A stretch of DNA of 32,127 bases, taken from Hyphochytrium catenoides. Taxonomy: Eukaryota > Protista > Hyphochytriomycota. The translations under genes were made by a program, and so were the position numbers. Positions 10,230 through 22,559 of this stretch are shown one piece after another; the first letter of the stretch is position 1; each line of letters starts with the position of its first letter. Below the pieces are notes generated by a model that had not been told where the DNA came from, made no database searches, and worked only from the letters and a program-made list of their open reading frames with translations. The stretch is from the NCBI GenBank assembly GCA_900088475.1, contig FLMG01004522.1:1-32127 (forward strand). The letters are read 5' to 3'.

Positions 10230-11130
10230 CAGTGTAGAGTATCCTGGCGGTCGTCGCCTCTGGTCTGCGCTAACGTTCAACCTGCTATGCAATGTGTCCT
10301 TTCTGACTTTCTCCTAGCAGTGAAGGACATGTACAGAGTCTTCTTGCTTCAACAGCTTGCTCCTCTACATATCGCGCGGCACTTTATACACCTCTATCGC
10401 TTCCCGTCTGGCCGTCTCCAACGCCCCTTGAGTCCACTACTGCTCCTCTTGAATCTGTCGTTTACCTTCTCTGTCTTCTATATATTGAGTCATCTGCCGC
10501 CTCCTTCTTCGTGCCTCAACAGCCAAGAAAGCCCTCGCCCAGTGGCTTTGAGTCTCTAGCTCTCCTACTATCCGCTGTCACCTCACTGCCTCCACATTGC
10601 TGGCTGCTGGCTGCCAGCCTGGCCTTCATCCGCTTCCTCCTTCCTTGGGCCGGACAACAAGCGCGGCGAAGGGAGAAGATCGTGTCACCGGCGGCCTCTT
10701 CTAAGATCGTGTCACCGAGGCCCTCTTCTTCTTGGGCTTCTCCTTCCTTTATCCTTTCCTCTACTGTCTCTAGTTCTACAAACAGCTGAACGAGCTGCTG
10801 AACGCTTGCCAAGTCGTGCTCACCTGAAAAGCTCGTAAGTTCCCCTGTATTACCCCAGGACCTGGACTTGTCAAATCTCCCCCAGGAGCTATGTGAGCAG
10901 TGATCTCAAGGATGAAGCAGCAAAAGTGTTCATCCTTCCTTTCTCTGTCTCGTCCCAATCTCATTATTCTCTGTCTTGCCCCACTCTTCTACAATTATAT
11001 TGCGAACCCTGTACCTAGTCTCTTACCTTTTGTTCTATCTCGGTCTCTTCTGTCTTGAAGTCTCTTCTCAGCTCACTTTCGTTCTGATGCCACCTGTGCA
11101 GCAGCTCAGCGGCGGAGAGATCAGAGCGCT
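10230..11130 (-). pseudogene. Possible decayed gene for a charged, coiled-coil-like protein
   Basis: Protein-like E/R/Q-rich segments (ELLHRWHQNESELRRDFKTEETEIEQK followed by GTAAGA; LFVELETVEERIKEGEAQEEE; AVEARRRRRQMTQYIEDREGKRQIQEEQ) that I could not join without frameshifts or in-frame TAG stops. Confidence 0.25.
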
Positions 11131-11496
11131 AATGCCCGCTCAAGACGCAGCGGCGCCTCTATTGCCCAGCAGCTGCCGATTGGAACGAGAGAAGAAAGAG
11201 AAGCGACAGAGAGAGGTTGAAGGAGAGCGATGGCGCCGTAAGTGTTACAGAGAGTCAAGCACAGAGAGGCTCAAACCGTCGGAGTTGATAGAGGAGGACT
11301 GCTGAGGGTAAGAAGAGTAGACCAGAGGAAGACCCCAGATGACAGCGAACACGGAAAGTGACAGATCTGGACATTGTTGACTGGATAACAGAAAGCAGTG
11401 GAAGCCAAGCGCAGGCCAAATAGATCCATCCCTTAGCGACAAGGGACTTACAGGGAAAGTGAGAGCAACTCGAGAGAGACACAGGAAGGAGAAAAA

Positions 11497-14400
11497 ATGA
11501 GTTGGTTTGCGAAGGGCTTGAAGGCTGCTGCCGCCAAGGCCACGGAAGTGATGGAGAAGGCCACGGAGGTGATGGCACCAGTCAACTTTAGGAATAGTCT
11601 CGAAGAGTTTGCTTACCGCTGGTATGGACGCAATATCTAGTCTCTTCCCTACTTTTCCTCTCTTCTGGGTTCTCTGTCCTCTCTTCCCCATCAAGGACAC
11701 GAGCACCAGTCTTCGCTGCTCCCCCCACGTCATCCTCCTCTCTCAGATCTTGACGTTCGATCTCTCTAACCTTTTCCTCTTTCTGTTCCATCTCGGCGTC
11801 TTTTTGTTCTCCCTTCTTTCCTCAGGGTTGTAACCCTTGACTGCCGCCATTTCCACTGCAGCCTTCCGTGTCCACCTCTCTTTCTCTTCCTTCAACCCCT
11901 GGCTCTCCTCCCTCTTCGTTTCCTCTAATAGTTGTCTCCTCTTTGCAATAGGGCTGCGGTGGTCCAAGCTCGAGAGCAGATTCTAGCGCACCAGACAAAT
12001 ACAGAGAGTAAGATGAAAGTCTAACCAGTTCCGTTGTCCCATCCCTTGGCTGCCGCGTTGCTTGCCAGTCCTTTAGAAGTCCCATAGCAGTCCCGTCCAT
12101 GTCTATACCTTCCTCTCTATACCTGTATAGTCGGTCGCCTTGGACTCTCGTCCTATGCCAATCCTACTTTAGGCTAAGCCTTCTTCCATTGACAGGGAGA
12201 CATGGGCTATTTATCGCTTTAATAGTTTCTGACCTCTGCTCCCTCTGTGTCTTGGCTTCTAACCGCCTTTCTCTCTATGTAATCTTGTCTCTTCTCAATC
12301 AAAATCACAATGGTCGTAGCCGAACTCCAGCAGCTGAAGGTGTCGAAGATTAGGGAGAACCTGGACAAGATGGTCCATCTGCTCAAGATAGAGGACATGG
12401 CCACCAATCAGTTGCTTCTAAGACAGTCAGCCAAACAAGCAGAAGATGAGGTAGAATTGCTTGTCAGTTGCTCCCTTTGTGTCTCTGTAGTCTGTCTGGG
12501 GACATTCTTTCTCTCTCGCTCTCGCTCTCTTTACTTCTCTCCCTATTTGTTCTCTGTGGCCTTTTTCTCTCTCTCTTTGCCTCTTTTCTCTCCCTCTTTG
12601 CCTATCTTTCTCTGTCTCTACATGTTCTCTCGCCTCTATCTCTATCTATCTACGTGTCTCTCTCTCTCTCTCTCTGTGTCAACTTGAACGTGAATAGGTT
12701 ACTTCAGGAACTCGTTTCGCTACTATGCTTATCTGTCCCTGGGCAAAATAAGTTTCTTTTGAAGCTCGGCTCGATCAGAGATGTTCCCCATCGTCTCTTC
12801 CCTTTCCTGAATTCTTCTCTCTCATCCACTGGGGCTCTGTCATACCGACTGTTGGCACTTACGTTCTTCCCTTCCGGCAACAGGATGCGGATATGGGTGT
12901 TGAGATGCTGCGTCCTTGCCTAGAGTATTTAGTAGAAAAGAAGATTCTCCTTCACATATGTGAAGCCGGCGTCTCAGATGTAAGCGATAGCATTAAACTC
13001 CCAAGCACTCCTCTTTACTCTGGTTGTTTGGGTTTCCCCCGTCTCTCTACAATAATGTCCATATCCATAGGGTAATGCTAGGTCTCTGTTTATCTCTTTA
13101 CTCTTTCTCTTTTTGCTATCTCCAGTCTCCGTATCAGGTGCTAGCAAGCTTGCCTAATCATGCGTAGTCGCTTGATCTCCTCTTTTCTTTCTCGCCCTGC
13201 GTCTCGTGGTGACTCTCTTTGACCTACTATCTTTCTCCAGAGACCTGCCGGTATGTTAGCGGTGGCTCTTCAATTCGTGAGCTGTATCTTGAAGCACGTG
13301 CGCTATCCTCTTCTGCCGAATAAGTCTATACACAAGCCGGTGTTAAGGCTCATAGCAGCGGCCTCGGACATAGACCACTTCTGGAAGCCGGGCACCACCA
13401 ATAAGGCTAGGTAAGTGTGAGCTTCTAATAACTGTCAGGGGAGAGGAAGATGCATGACAACCCAATATTGATTATCTTCTCAATTGCTCCCGCTTCCGTC
13501 TTACGAGCGCTCTCTCCTTCTTTTCAGATTGCGGCGTGATCTTATCAACTTAATCTATGAGATCTGGGTAAAGCTCGCAGAAATTCCTTCTCAATTGGAC
13601 TTCTTCACGTCGGAATACGGTGGCGTCGCTCTCTCATTTCCATCCTCGTCTTCGTCGTCGGACGCCATAGAGTTGCCGACAGATGAAAAGCCCAAATCAG
13701 AGCTCTTGATATTCTCAGTGGTATGAACCAGTGAAGATTATGGACGACTTATGTGTCCTCTGCGTCTGATCCTCTACATCCTGCTAGTTTCCTTAAAACG
13801 TTCACGAGTTACGAAACTTCTGGCAAATTTTATGGCCTTCATCTCAAAATCCTCTAAAGAGAATGGGATACTAATAGCCTTTGCCTGCGCGTTGCCTTAT
13901 CCATAACCCCGTGCAGCTTCTACCCCATATCTCGGAGCCGGGTTACATAGGAGACAAAGCACGAGAGTGCATACTTCTTGCAGTCTCGCTAGGAGAAGTA
14001 GGTGCCTCCTTTTATAGGGGAAGAGGGCGCACCCACTCATATTGTTATCTCTGACCACCTCTTACATCGCTGGAGACTTAGCCTTGCTTCTATGCTCGTG
14101 CTCCTCCTATCGATGCTCTTTCCCTATCGGCTCTTTATGACGCTTATCCTACGATACCTCTCCTTGTAGTCCAAGCTGATGGATTACATATTGAGGGACT
14201 CAGGATTCGCAAGGAAGCTAGTTATCTCCGTGTTAGCTGCGTACGACCCGCTGCCAATCAGCTTACCGCCAGGACAAGGTTATACTCGTTTTCCACGCAC
14301 TTCTTTACGTCTCTGGGTGCTGCTCAGAGAGCTTTCCGCTTCTTTCAATTTACTGCTGAGGCAGTTGGCCTCGGCCTTTAGCGAGCACTTTCACTTTGTC

Positions 14401-17400
14401 CAATACGCTTCCAGTTTGCTTCTTGTCAGACACGGTAACCTTAGTATTTCCTTTCAAAAGGCCTCTCGTCCGAGCAATCCCAAGATTTGGGAGAGCTTCT
14501 GGATCGGCTTCAGTTCTGCAGTACTGTTGCCATGGCTGGAGTGTCAGATCAGGACATCCAACAAGTGGTCACTTTTCCTGGGGAGAAGGAGAGACAAGAA
14601 GAGGAGGAAGAAGAGTTAGCGGTACGTCTAGATTCTCTCAAGTTGGCAACAGCTCCATTGACTGCGGAAGTATTAGACTGATGGCAGTTAGAGACAAAGC
14701 GAAGAGGGACGAGGATGGTCTCTTGAGTATTGGCGGCGTTCAGGCTGCCGTTACAGTGACGATAGCGGACAATCTCTCTACTAGGGAGGAAAAGCGGAAA
14801 CGGGGATGAGTGTCTAACAAGCTCTCTTCTCCACCTAGAGGGCCTCACGTTCAATCGCCCAGACCGTAGTCCATTTATTTAAAGAGATCTTTCTAGCAGA
14901 GAGGGTTGGCCCTGCACTACTTCAGGTAACGAGAAAGAGTGGAGAAGGACAAGGTCTATTACCCTTCTCATGAATGGAGGGCGAGGAGAAAAACCTAAGT
15001 GTGAAAAAGACGACTTGGCTCCTTCTGCGCTTTCTTTATGGACCATCTGCTTTTCCTTTCTCATGGCGTTATTCAGCGCCAGATAGCTCATTGGTCCTGT
15101 AGCGTTCCGTAAGTCTGCCTTCAAAGGCCCCTTGCTCTGACCTTGCTGCTGGTTCATGTATGCTGGCTTATCACCCTGTCCCCTAGACATCGGAGGCACA
15201 AGCCCGGGTGGCGACATTCTATACAAGAGAGATGCTAGATGCTTTGGGGCAACAGGGGAACTCAGAGGTCAACCCTGTGCTCTTCGGGTTCTTAGAGTTC
15301 TTGCTAGGTACGCCGGACAGATTCATTAGGACCAGCTCTTTTGATGAGGGACCCAGCAAGTTTCGGCACCCTCCTCGGACTCCACTCTCTCTTTACCCTT
15401 TATCTCCCAGCCTAGACTCCTAGACTTTGTAACAATTGGTCTCTCATTCCCGCTTTCCATATTAACTCCAGTAATCTAGTAAGTAATGTTCAATTGCAGG
15501 AGATGACTTGAGTGAACCGGAGAAGGAAGAGGAGACGATGGAGACCACGCAGCATCTCCTAAGAACAGAGCTCATGCAGCGGATTGACTCATTGTCGCCA
15601 GCTCTAAGCATGGCCACTCTGGACCTAGTAAGATGCGTCTATTGGTTATGGTACCCCTTTCTCTCATTGAGGAGGATCAAGTCTCTCTCCTGTCATCTAC
15701 CAAGCTGATGGGATCAGCTCTTGCCTCCTCTGTCAAGCGTGCACTTTGATCCGCTCTGGGAATCAGATCTCTCTAGTCGCTATGTGGCACGCCTGTTCTC
15801 TGTTTCTTTCCTATTCTCTGCGACGTCGTCTGGATCTTTTTGCATTTCAAACCTATTCGCTCTATCCTATCGTCTAAACGCCGTCTTCATTCATCCTATA
15901 CCATAAAGTTCTCCACCATCCTGGACCTGAATGACGAGTGGGCTTTGCAAAACTTGATCTTCCGGAACTGGGAGAGAAGACAAAGAAGTCCCGCGCGGCC
16001 CGACTCCCAGGCTAAGGAGGCCGAGGAAGGGAGCAAAAAAGCGAAAGGTGCAGACAAGATTGTACATGAGGTAAGCGTGAATGCAGCTAGCCCTTAGTGC
16101 TAAGTGAAGACATTGGGCCAGGCACGAACGCGGCAGAAGCCCTTGCCTTCCCTGTTTGAGTTTTATAAAGTACTATTCTTTTGAGTCTTTCTGTTCGCGT
16201 CCCCATTTGGACTACGTTCCGTTGATCTGCACGAGCATATCTTCTCCGCTAGGAGCACGCTAATGACCCCTTGTTCTCTCTCTTAAGAGGCCAGGGCCTG
16301 GTTTCACACTGAGAATGAAAATGCTGACTCTTTCTCTCAATTCCTTGATAATGTTGTCGCCCACAGTTTGTCCTGTCTTTCCCGGGATCCTCTGCGGCTC
16401 TAAACGAGGCTTACTTTGTCCGCGATGATATCTACGACGAGAGCGTCGAAGCTTATTTATTAGACGCAGAGAGGGAGGCATCGGTTAGAGTGGCTGCGTG
16501 GAGCAAGTGGAAAGGAATTGCGGTAGAGGAGAGAGAAGGCAAAGGTGAAGGTCCATGCGTTTCGCTCCCTCTATCTCATTGTTTTATGCCCAGAGCTTTG
16601 TTGGTAGGCTTCTGACTCCTCGCAACCCAGGCTCACCTACCACTGTTGGCAGTCCTAGCGGTACAGAGACTGGACTTCTAGGTGAGGCACAGCGCTACAG
16701 AGGCAGTTGTTGCACATCTGGCGGAGCGAGAGCATGTCTCAAAAAGAGAGAAGTCCATCTTTCCTTATTGTCACTTTTGACTAAATCCCCTCTTTGTTGG
16801 CTTCCGCATGACTGAATAGATGGCTCCCGATCAGTAAACAGCAAGACCCCAGACGTTGTCCTCCCTATTGCTTCCCTTACTCCTGTACGGAAGGTGCCCC
16901 TTACCCGTCGTCTCTCGTCAAGAGATTCCTTCGATCGAGAAAGAGGAGAAGGAGCAAAGGACGGAGATGGAGGAGGCAGTTTCCCTCCTCCGGCTGTTTC
17001 CGTGACAAACGAGGAAGCGGAGCTATACGAAGGCGCCTTTTTACGGAGCCTAATGAACCGATTAAGCGGCTTCCTGGATCATTCGTACGAAGAAAACCTT
17101 GCCTTGACAGGTAAAGGGAGCTTAAACGACGGAAATGGATAGAGAGAAGCTGCTTCTATGAAAAGACGAGTGAAGCACACCGTTGGAATGGAGGGCGGTC
17201 ATCCCGAGAAGATCAGAAGAGACCGAGAGGAAATAGCTTTTGGAAGGAAGAGAGACGCCGCAGGCCGAACGTCCACAGCTGCTAGTTAGGACTGACTTTT
17301 TGCACACTTCTTGCGCTCAATTGTGCTACATTCCCTCAGAGGTGGTCTCCAAGCTGGCTCAGATACCTCACCCGCAGCTGAATGCTTTCTTGTTCGACCT

Positions 17401-18863
17401 ACAAGCTCTCTCAAGAGACCTTCTGCCACCATCAATAAGGACGATGAGAAAGGTGCTAATGGAGGTAGGTACCTCTACCCTTTCTCAGACTCTCTATTCC
17501 TTGACCATATCAATGAATAACATGATAGCCTTACCATGCTAACCTCTTTGGGCTTCTTTTCCCTGCTGCTCTTTCAGTCTTTTCCTTTGAGCTCGTGGTA
17601 ATCGCTTTGCCGACTCTGTCTTCCGCGTCCTTTCGGCCTGCAATGCCTAGGTCTTTCAAGAGGCTAGGAAACGGAGCGAAGGTATCCCTAAGTTTTATGA
17701 GCGTCTGGCCGCAACAAGACGAAAGTTGCAGGTAAGGATAAAAGCTTAAGTTAAACGAGCAATGAACTGCCAGGCAGAGAGACGGTCCTTCCCAGGGAGC
17801 TCATACGAGCTAGCCCCTTCTTCTGCTGCATCTTTCTTATTGTGACTCTCTCTCTCTCTCTCCCTGCAATTTACTGCTCTGCCTGTTGCTTCTTCTTGGC
17901 TCTCTCTACATATTAGTGTATAAAATGACCCTGCTGTGTGATTGTCTCAAGGTCTCGGACGTTGACGACCAGCAAAGTTCTGCTCCAGCCCTGGAGCTCC
18001 TGAGCCAACTAGAAGACGAGCATCAGATATTCTTGGAATCCTTCATCGTGCTGGAGGAGTTTATCAAGGAGCTGACGTCAATCTTGCACGCAAAGCTCAG
18101 ACTGCAGGTCTCCGTCTATTAAGCTCGTATCTCACGCCTATATGTAGCTTCTCCTCCTCTTTCTCTCTGTTCTCAGCTCTGTTTCTACTTTTAAACCATG
18201 ACCACTCCCTGCTCGCGGGGCTTCCTCCGCTTATCCATACTTTGTCCATGCTTTTGGCTAAGGCAAAACCCTATTGATGCTCTCAGTCATCTAACAAGTT
18301 CCTTCTCTCTTGTACCTTCTTTCTTCGCCCCCCCGTGAGATATCTGCATTTCTGCTGGCTTCTCCTCTTTTGAGTTCAGCCAATCGTGTCAAGAGGTCGT
18401 CACTCTCTGGTCAAATGTGGCAATGAACTGTTCGATGTTCCCTCCGTCTACTCATGTCCCTAATGTTAGAGGATCTGCCACCACACTCCAGCGCAGGCGG
18501 CCGTCTACCGACTCCTGCCCCTGCTGTGTCTATGGGCACCTTAGGTCTGATATTTGTCCTTACCCCGTTACCTGTCTTGGCCCTCAGGTTATCCCCCAGC
18601 AGCTGAAGTACTCCGGTCTAGAAAGTGGATTACTCCAAGAGATTAACGACGGGGCGCTATCTCCCGAAGAAGGAGGGGATAGAGAGCTTGAGATCTCTCC
18701 GGCAGTTTCTCCTAGAAATCGCTCCGTCCAATCGCTCTCTGTCTCAGAAGCGACCCCAGCGCAATCGCCGAGGTCCCTGTTGACCGCGGAGTTGGCCAGT
18801 GTAGGGCTCGCTGCTCCTCCTTCATCGTCTCCTCTTCCGCCTAGTCAGCAAACAAGAAGTTAA
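11497..18863 (+). CDS. FHIP: FHIP/FAM160 family (RAI16-like domain) protein, FHF complex Hook-interacting subunit; about 18 exons
   Basis: Phase-consistent hand splicing gives MSWFAKGLKAAAAKATEVMEKATEVMAPVNFRNSLEEFAYRW (exon 11497-11621), then IRENLDKMVHLLKIED, PCLEYLVEKKILLHICEAG, RPAGMLAVALQF..PLLPNKSIHKPVLRLI, LLDRLQFCSTV, VGPALLQ|TSE, EAYLLDA, YEGAFLRSLMNRLSGFLDHSYEENLALT, KLAQIPHPQL and LESFIVLEEFIKELTSILHAK. These are hallmark FAM160 blocks. The stop is either at 18122 or, via a phase-0 splice to 18588, at 18863. Confidence 0.9.
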
Positions 18864-19490
18864 GGACGATCCTAGAGCATGAAGCAGCTGCTGCAGCTAT
18901 TTATATCTTCACTACATATATATATGGACTGAAGATGCTCCTCTCTTCGCTACCTAGGCGTCCACTGCTCACTTGTTATCTGTTCTCCTGAACTTTGTCA
19001 CCCTGTTTTCTATTCTCTGCCTTTTCAAATGTGAGTGAATAAGTTCAAGAGGAACCCTCTCATCCTATGCGAGGCAAGCCCTAAGAGACCATCCCCTTCA
19101 GCCTCTGACTACAGAGGAAGCGTACCCCGGTGGTGTTGGAGGCGGTCCACATGTATCAGAGGACCAAAGGGAAGAACCATCTGGGTTAACATGTATCCTG
19201 CCTTATGCCTTCGTTCTGTCTGTCGCGGACCAACGTGTTAGGAGGTCCTTAGCAATCATCCCTCTCTATCACTGTCTGTCTTGCCTCTAACTCCACTCAT
19301 TCTCTTTCCCCTTTATGGACCATCGGCCTTCTCTTTCCCGTTCTTCCTGTTGTTTGCCTTCTCTTTTCCCTTCTTCCTCGCTGGGGCTCTTGAAGAAGAG
19401 GTGTACTTTCCATATAGCAAGGGAGAAGATGACTTTATTCCACTTTTCTCTTCCTTCGTTTCCTCTTATATGCGGTTGCTGTTACGATCC

Positions 19491-20536
19491 CTAGTTCTCT
19501 GGAGCCTCTACTCGAGGCTGATTGGGATTATTTGCCAGTATCCACTCTCCTAAGCTCTTCACAGCGTCTAGGCCCACAGGCTTGGTGGCGCAGAGGTGTA
19601 TGAGAGCCTCGGTGATGAAGGACTGAAAGTCGCCCCCTCCGCTCTTGAGAGATGAGAAGAACTCTTTGACCTGCTCTCCTCCTTGGGGCAAAGGCTTGTT
19701 CTGGGCCGTCAGGCCTGTGAATGTAAGCAGACCGAGGGACAAGAGAGGAGAGAATAGGTCAGACCAACCCGAAGAACCGGAGGGAGAGAGGGAAGGAAAG
19801 TAACTCTCAAGGATCAAAGAGATAAGAATTTCGATAGGACTACGAGGGCGTGAGAGAGAGAAAGTCCGCTGTCAAAGCTCGCCAGGTACGAGAAGTAAGA
19901 ATCGAGAGAGAAAAGACAATGCAACGGTGGAGGGAGGAAGCCATATGATCTGAAGCACGGCTGGCATCGGCAGCGGGTGACAGGGAAAGAGTGAAGCAGA
20001 TTGGGCGAGTCAAAGAGAGGGATGCTACCTTCCAACGTTGAGCAAAGTCCCATAGAGCCGTCCGCCAACCGCTTGATCGCTGGTGGCAGCAAATGAAGGG
20101 ACGATAGAGGACAATCAGGGAAGAAGAACGGACAAACGACAATGTTGAGACTCAGGCTAAATCCAACTAGACCTGGTCGCCTTCACAGCCCGCGTCTTAT
20201 CTTCCATTTTTGTTTCTCCGTCTCTGTCTCTCTCCATTAAGTCTCTCCTCCCCCTTTCCCTCTCACTCGTCCCTTTCTCTCTCTCTCTCTGCTTCATCCT
20301 CTTTCTCTTTGTCTCTCTCCGTCTATACTCTTTCCTTACCCAGGGAGTCTGACAGCTTCTGATAGGAGCTCTGATCTCGAGCAAAAGCTATACGGTTGAG
20401 CCACTGTTCATCCAAGTGCAAGGTGTAGTCTCTGTCTGCAAAAAAAGCAAGGGTAGTGAGAGGAAGTAGAGGGCAACACGTAGGAGACGGACAGAGGAAT
20501 CGACCCGTATTCAGCCAAGACAGAAAGAGTGAAAGG

Positions 20537-20573
<37 letters not shown>

Positions 20574-20710
20574 TTTGAGGACTGTCAGGAATTAAGGAAC
20601 ACTAGCCGTTCTTCTCTCCTAAAAAGAGAACCAGGGCAGGCGCATGGAGATGAAGAGGAAAAGAGGGGAACCAGATAGAGTGAGCGATGAGAGAGAGGAA
20701 GAGGGAGAGG

Positions 20711-20746
<36 letters not shown>

Positions 20747-20899
20747 TGGGAGAGANNNNNNNNNNNNNNNNNNNNNNNNNNNNNNNNNNNNNNNNNNNNN
20801 NNNNNNNNNNNNNNNNNNNNNNNAGGGAATGTCTCTAATCTCTACAGCGAACGCATCGGTGGCGCCCTGGTACACGGCTCCTCCTTGTGCCCCCGTCAT
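19491..20899 (-). CDS. Small protein with a C-terminal Dpy-30 (dimerisation/docking) motif; 5' end uncertain because of a gap
   Basis: Exons 20435-20340, 20079-20029 and 19714-19491 join in phase 1 with GT-AG borders and end in FITEALIHLCATKPVGLDAVKSLGEWILANNPNQP. That matches the Dpy-30 pattern (L-x-x-L-C-x-x-KP...L-x-x-W-L-L-x-NNP) seen in NME5/RSP23-type proteins. The upstream exon MTGAQGGAVYQGATDAFAVEIRDIP abuts gap 20756-20823. Confidence 0.75.
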
Positions 20900-21849
20900 A
20901 GCTAAGGTTCGAGAGCAATCTCAGCACTTAACAGTGTAGGAGACTCACAAATAGAAGGAAGAGACGGTAAGAAAGAGAGAAAAAGAAAGAGAGAGAGAGA
21001 GAGAGAGGACAGAGCAACCTCAGGGAATAACTAAACTCTACTTGGTCTCTCCAAGGCTGGCTCTTCGGTTTACCTTCCCTCTTTCTGTCTGCCGTCCCCG
21101 TCTGCAGCTTAGCGGTGGAGGTCTCTCTCTCTCTCTCTCTCTCTCTTGCTTCGGACACAATATCTGTGATGCTGCAGTCAAATCCTACTCGTTGGTACGC
21201 GCGGGCCACTATCGGTAGGTGCTCTCCTTGTCTGTCTCGTTGTCTCTCTCTCTCTCTTTGCCAAGCTCTATCCTTCCTCATTGGCCCGGGCCGTACAGCA
21301 TTTTTGTCCAGCCTCCCACTTTCGATGCGCTCCCTTCGCATTCTGTCTTTTTGTGTCTCCCTGTCTCTTACCTCTGTCACTCTCCTGTCCTCCCTTTTCT
21401 CTCTCTCCTCTCTCTTCCTCTTCTCTGTCTCATTTGCTCTCTCTATGGTGTCTCTCTGTTCACTCTCTCTCTTTGTTCTCTCTCTCTTTGTTCTCTCTNN
21501 NNNNNNNNNNNNNNNNNNNNNNNNNNNNNNNNNNNNNNNNNNNNNNNNNNNNNNNNNNNNNNNNNNNNNNNNNNNNNNNNNNNNNNNNNNNNNNNNNNNN
21601 NNNNNNNNNNNNNNNNNNNNNNNNNNNNNNNNNNNNNNNNNNNNNNNNNNNNNNNNNNNGTTTTATCTAAGCAGTAACGGCTCTTCCAAAGATCCTCCAG
21701 GAGAGGCATATCAAAAATACCAAATCGTCCTCTATGCCCATTGCCAATCTTTGCAGTATCTATCCCGAATCAAAGAGGCGCAGACGTAATAGAAGTTCTT
21801 TGGCTTTTGGGTGTCAACAACCAGCCTCCGCGGGGCATGGGATGGACAG

Positions 21850-21851
21850 GG

Positions 21852-21903
<52 letters not shown>

Positions 21904-22040
21904 AAAGAGAGAGGACAAAGAGAGAGGACAAAGAGAGAGGACAAAGAGAGAGCAACACCAAGAGAGGGAGAAAAACTGGAGAGAGAGAGAGACAGATAGA
22001 CAGAGAGGGAGAGACAAGGAGAGAGAAAAGAAAGAGGAAA
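21850..22040. repeat. (AG)n microsatellite with an embedded 13-bp tandem unit GA(C/T)AAAGAGAGAG x4 (21901-21952)
   Basis: Visible directly in the sequence. Confidence 0.9.
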
Positions 22041-22559
22041 ATGTGTCATGTTGTTAGGACAATGCGTGCTCTATACCCAGAAGGGAGCAGCCAGAGCGAG
22101 CTAAGAAGCACTGAGTTGACCACCATGCGGGTCAGCAGAAACATCGAGGGTTTGCCACGGTTGAACTCTTAGAGCACCGGCCGCCCCTTTCGAAGGAAAG
22201 AGCGAGAGAGAAAGAGAGCGGGAGCGAGATCCATATGAAGGGAGAAAGCGCAACCAACTGGAAGAGCGAGACGAAGACTTGGCTGCTGCTGTCGAGAAGA
22301 AGGTCTAATGGCGTCGTTTAAGGGCGAAAGCAAACTCTCGTGGATCGAGAGGCATCATAGGATAAGGCGATAAGGCCTTGTTGCTAAGCGACGGAGAGTG
22401 GAGGATAGCTGGACGATGAAGAGGAGAGGAGGGACGAAAGATGGGATAGCACAGCTAGTCTCTCTCCTTCTTGCCAAGACCCGTAATCGCTCCTTTTAGT
22501 CTAGAGGCGCAGGCCTGGTATAGAGGCAGACGCGAAAGAAGGATATCCTAGCGGTAGCG

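Noticed and set aside
10300-10450. TAG reassignment suggested by protein-like sequence continuing through TAGs
   Set aside because: TAG is the real terminator of paralog B (aligned with the end of A) and of the Dpy-30 gene. No conserved exon contains an internal TAG.
11230-11243. ATG GCG CC|GTAAGT as an upstream FHIP exon
   Set aside because: The nearest acceptor leads straight to a stop, and the ATG at 11497 already gives a homologous N-terminus.
14879-15226. 115-aa antisense ORF nested in FHIP
   Set aside because: It overlaps two FHIP exons, has no motif, and its length is compatible with chance.
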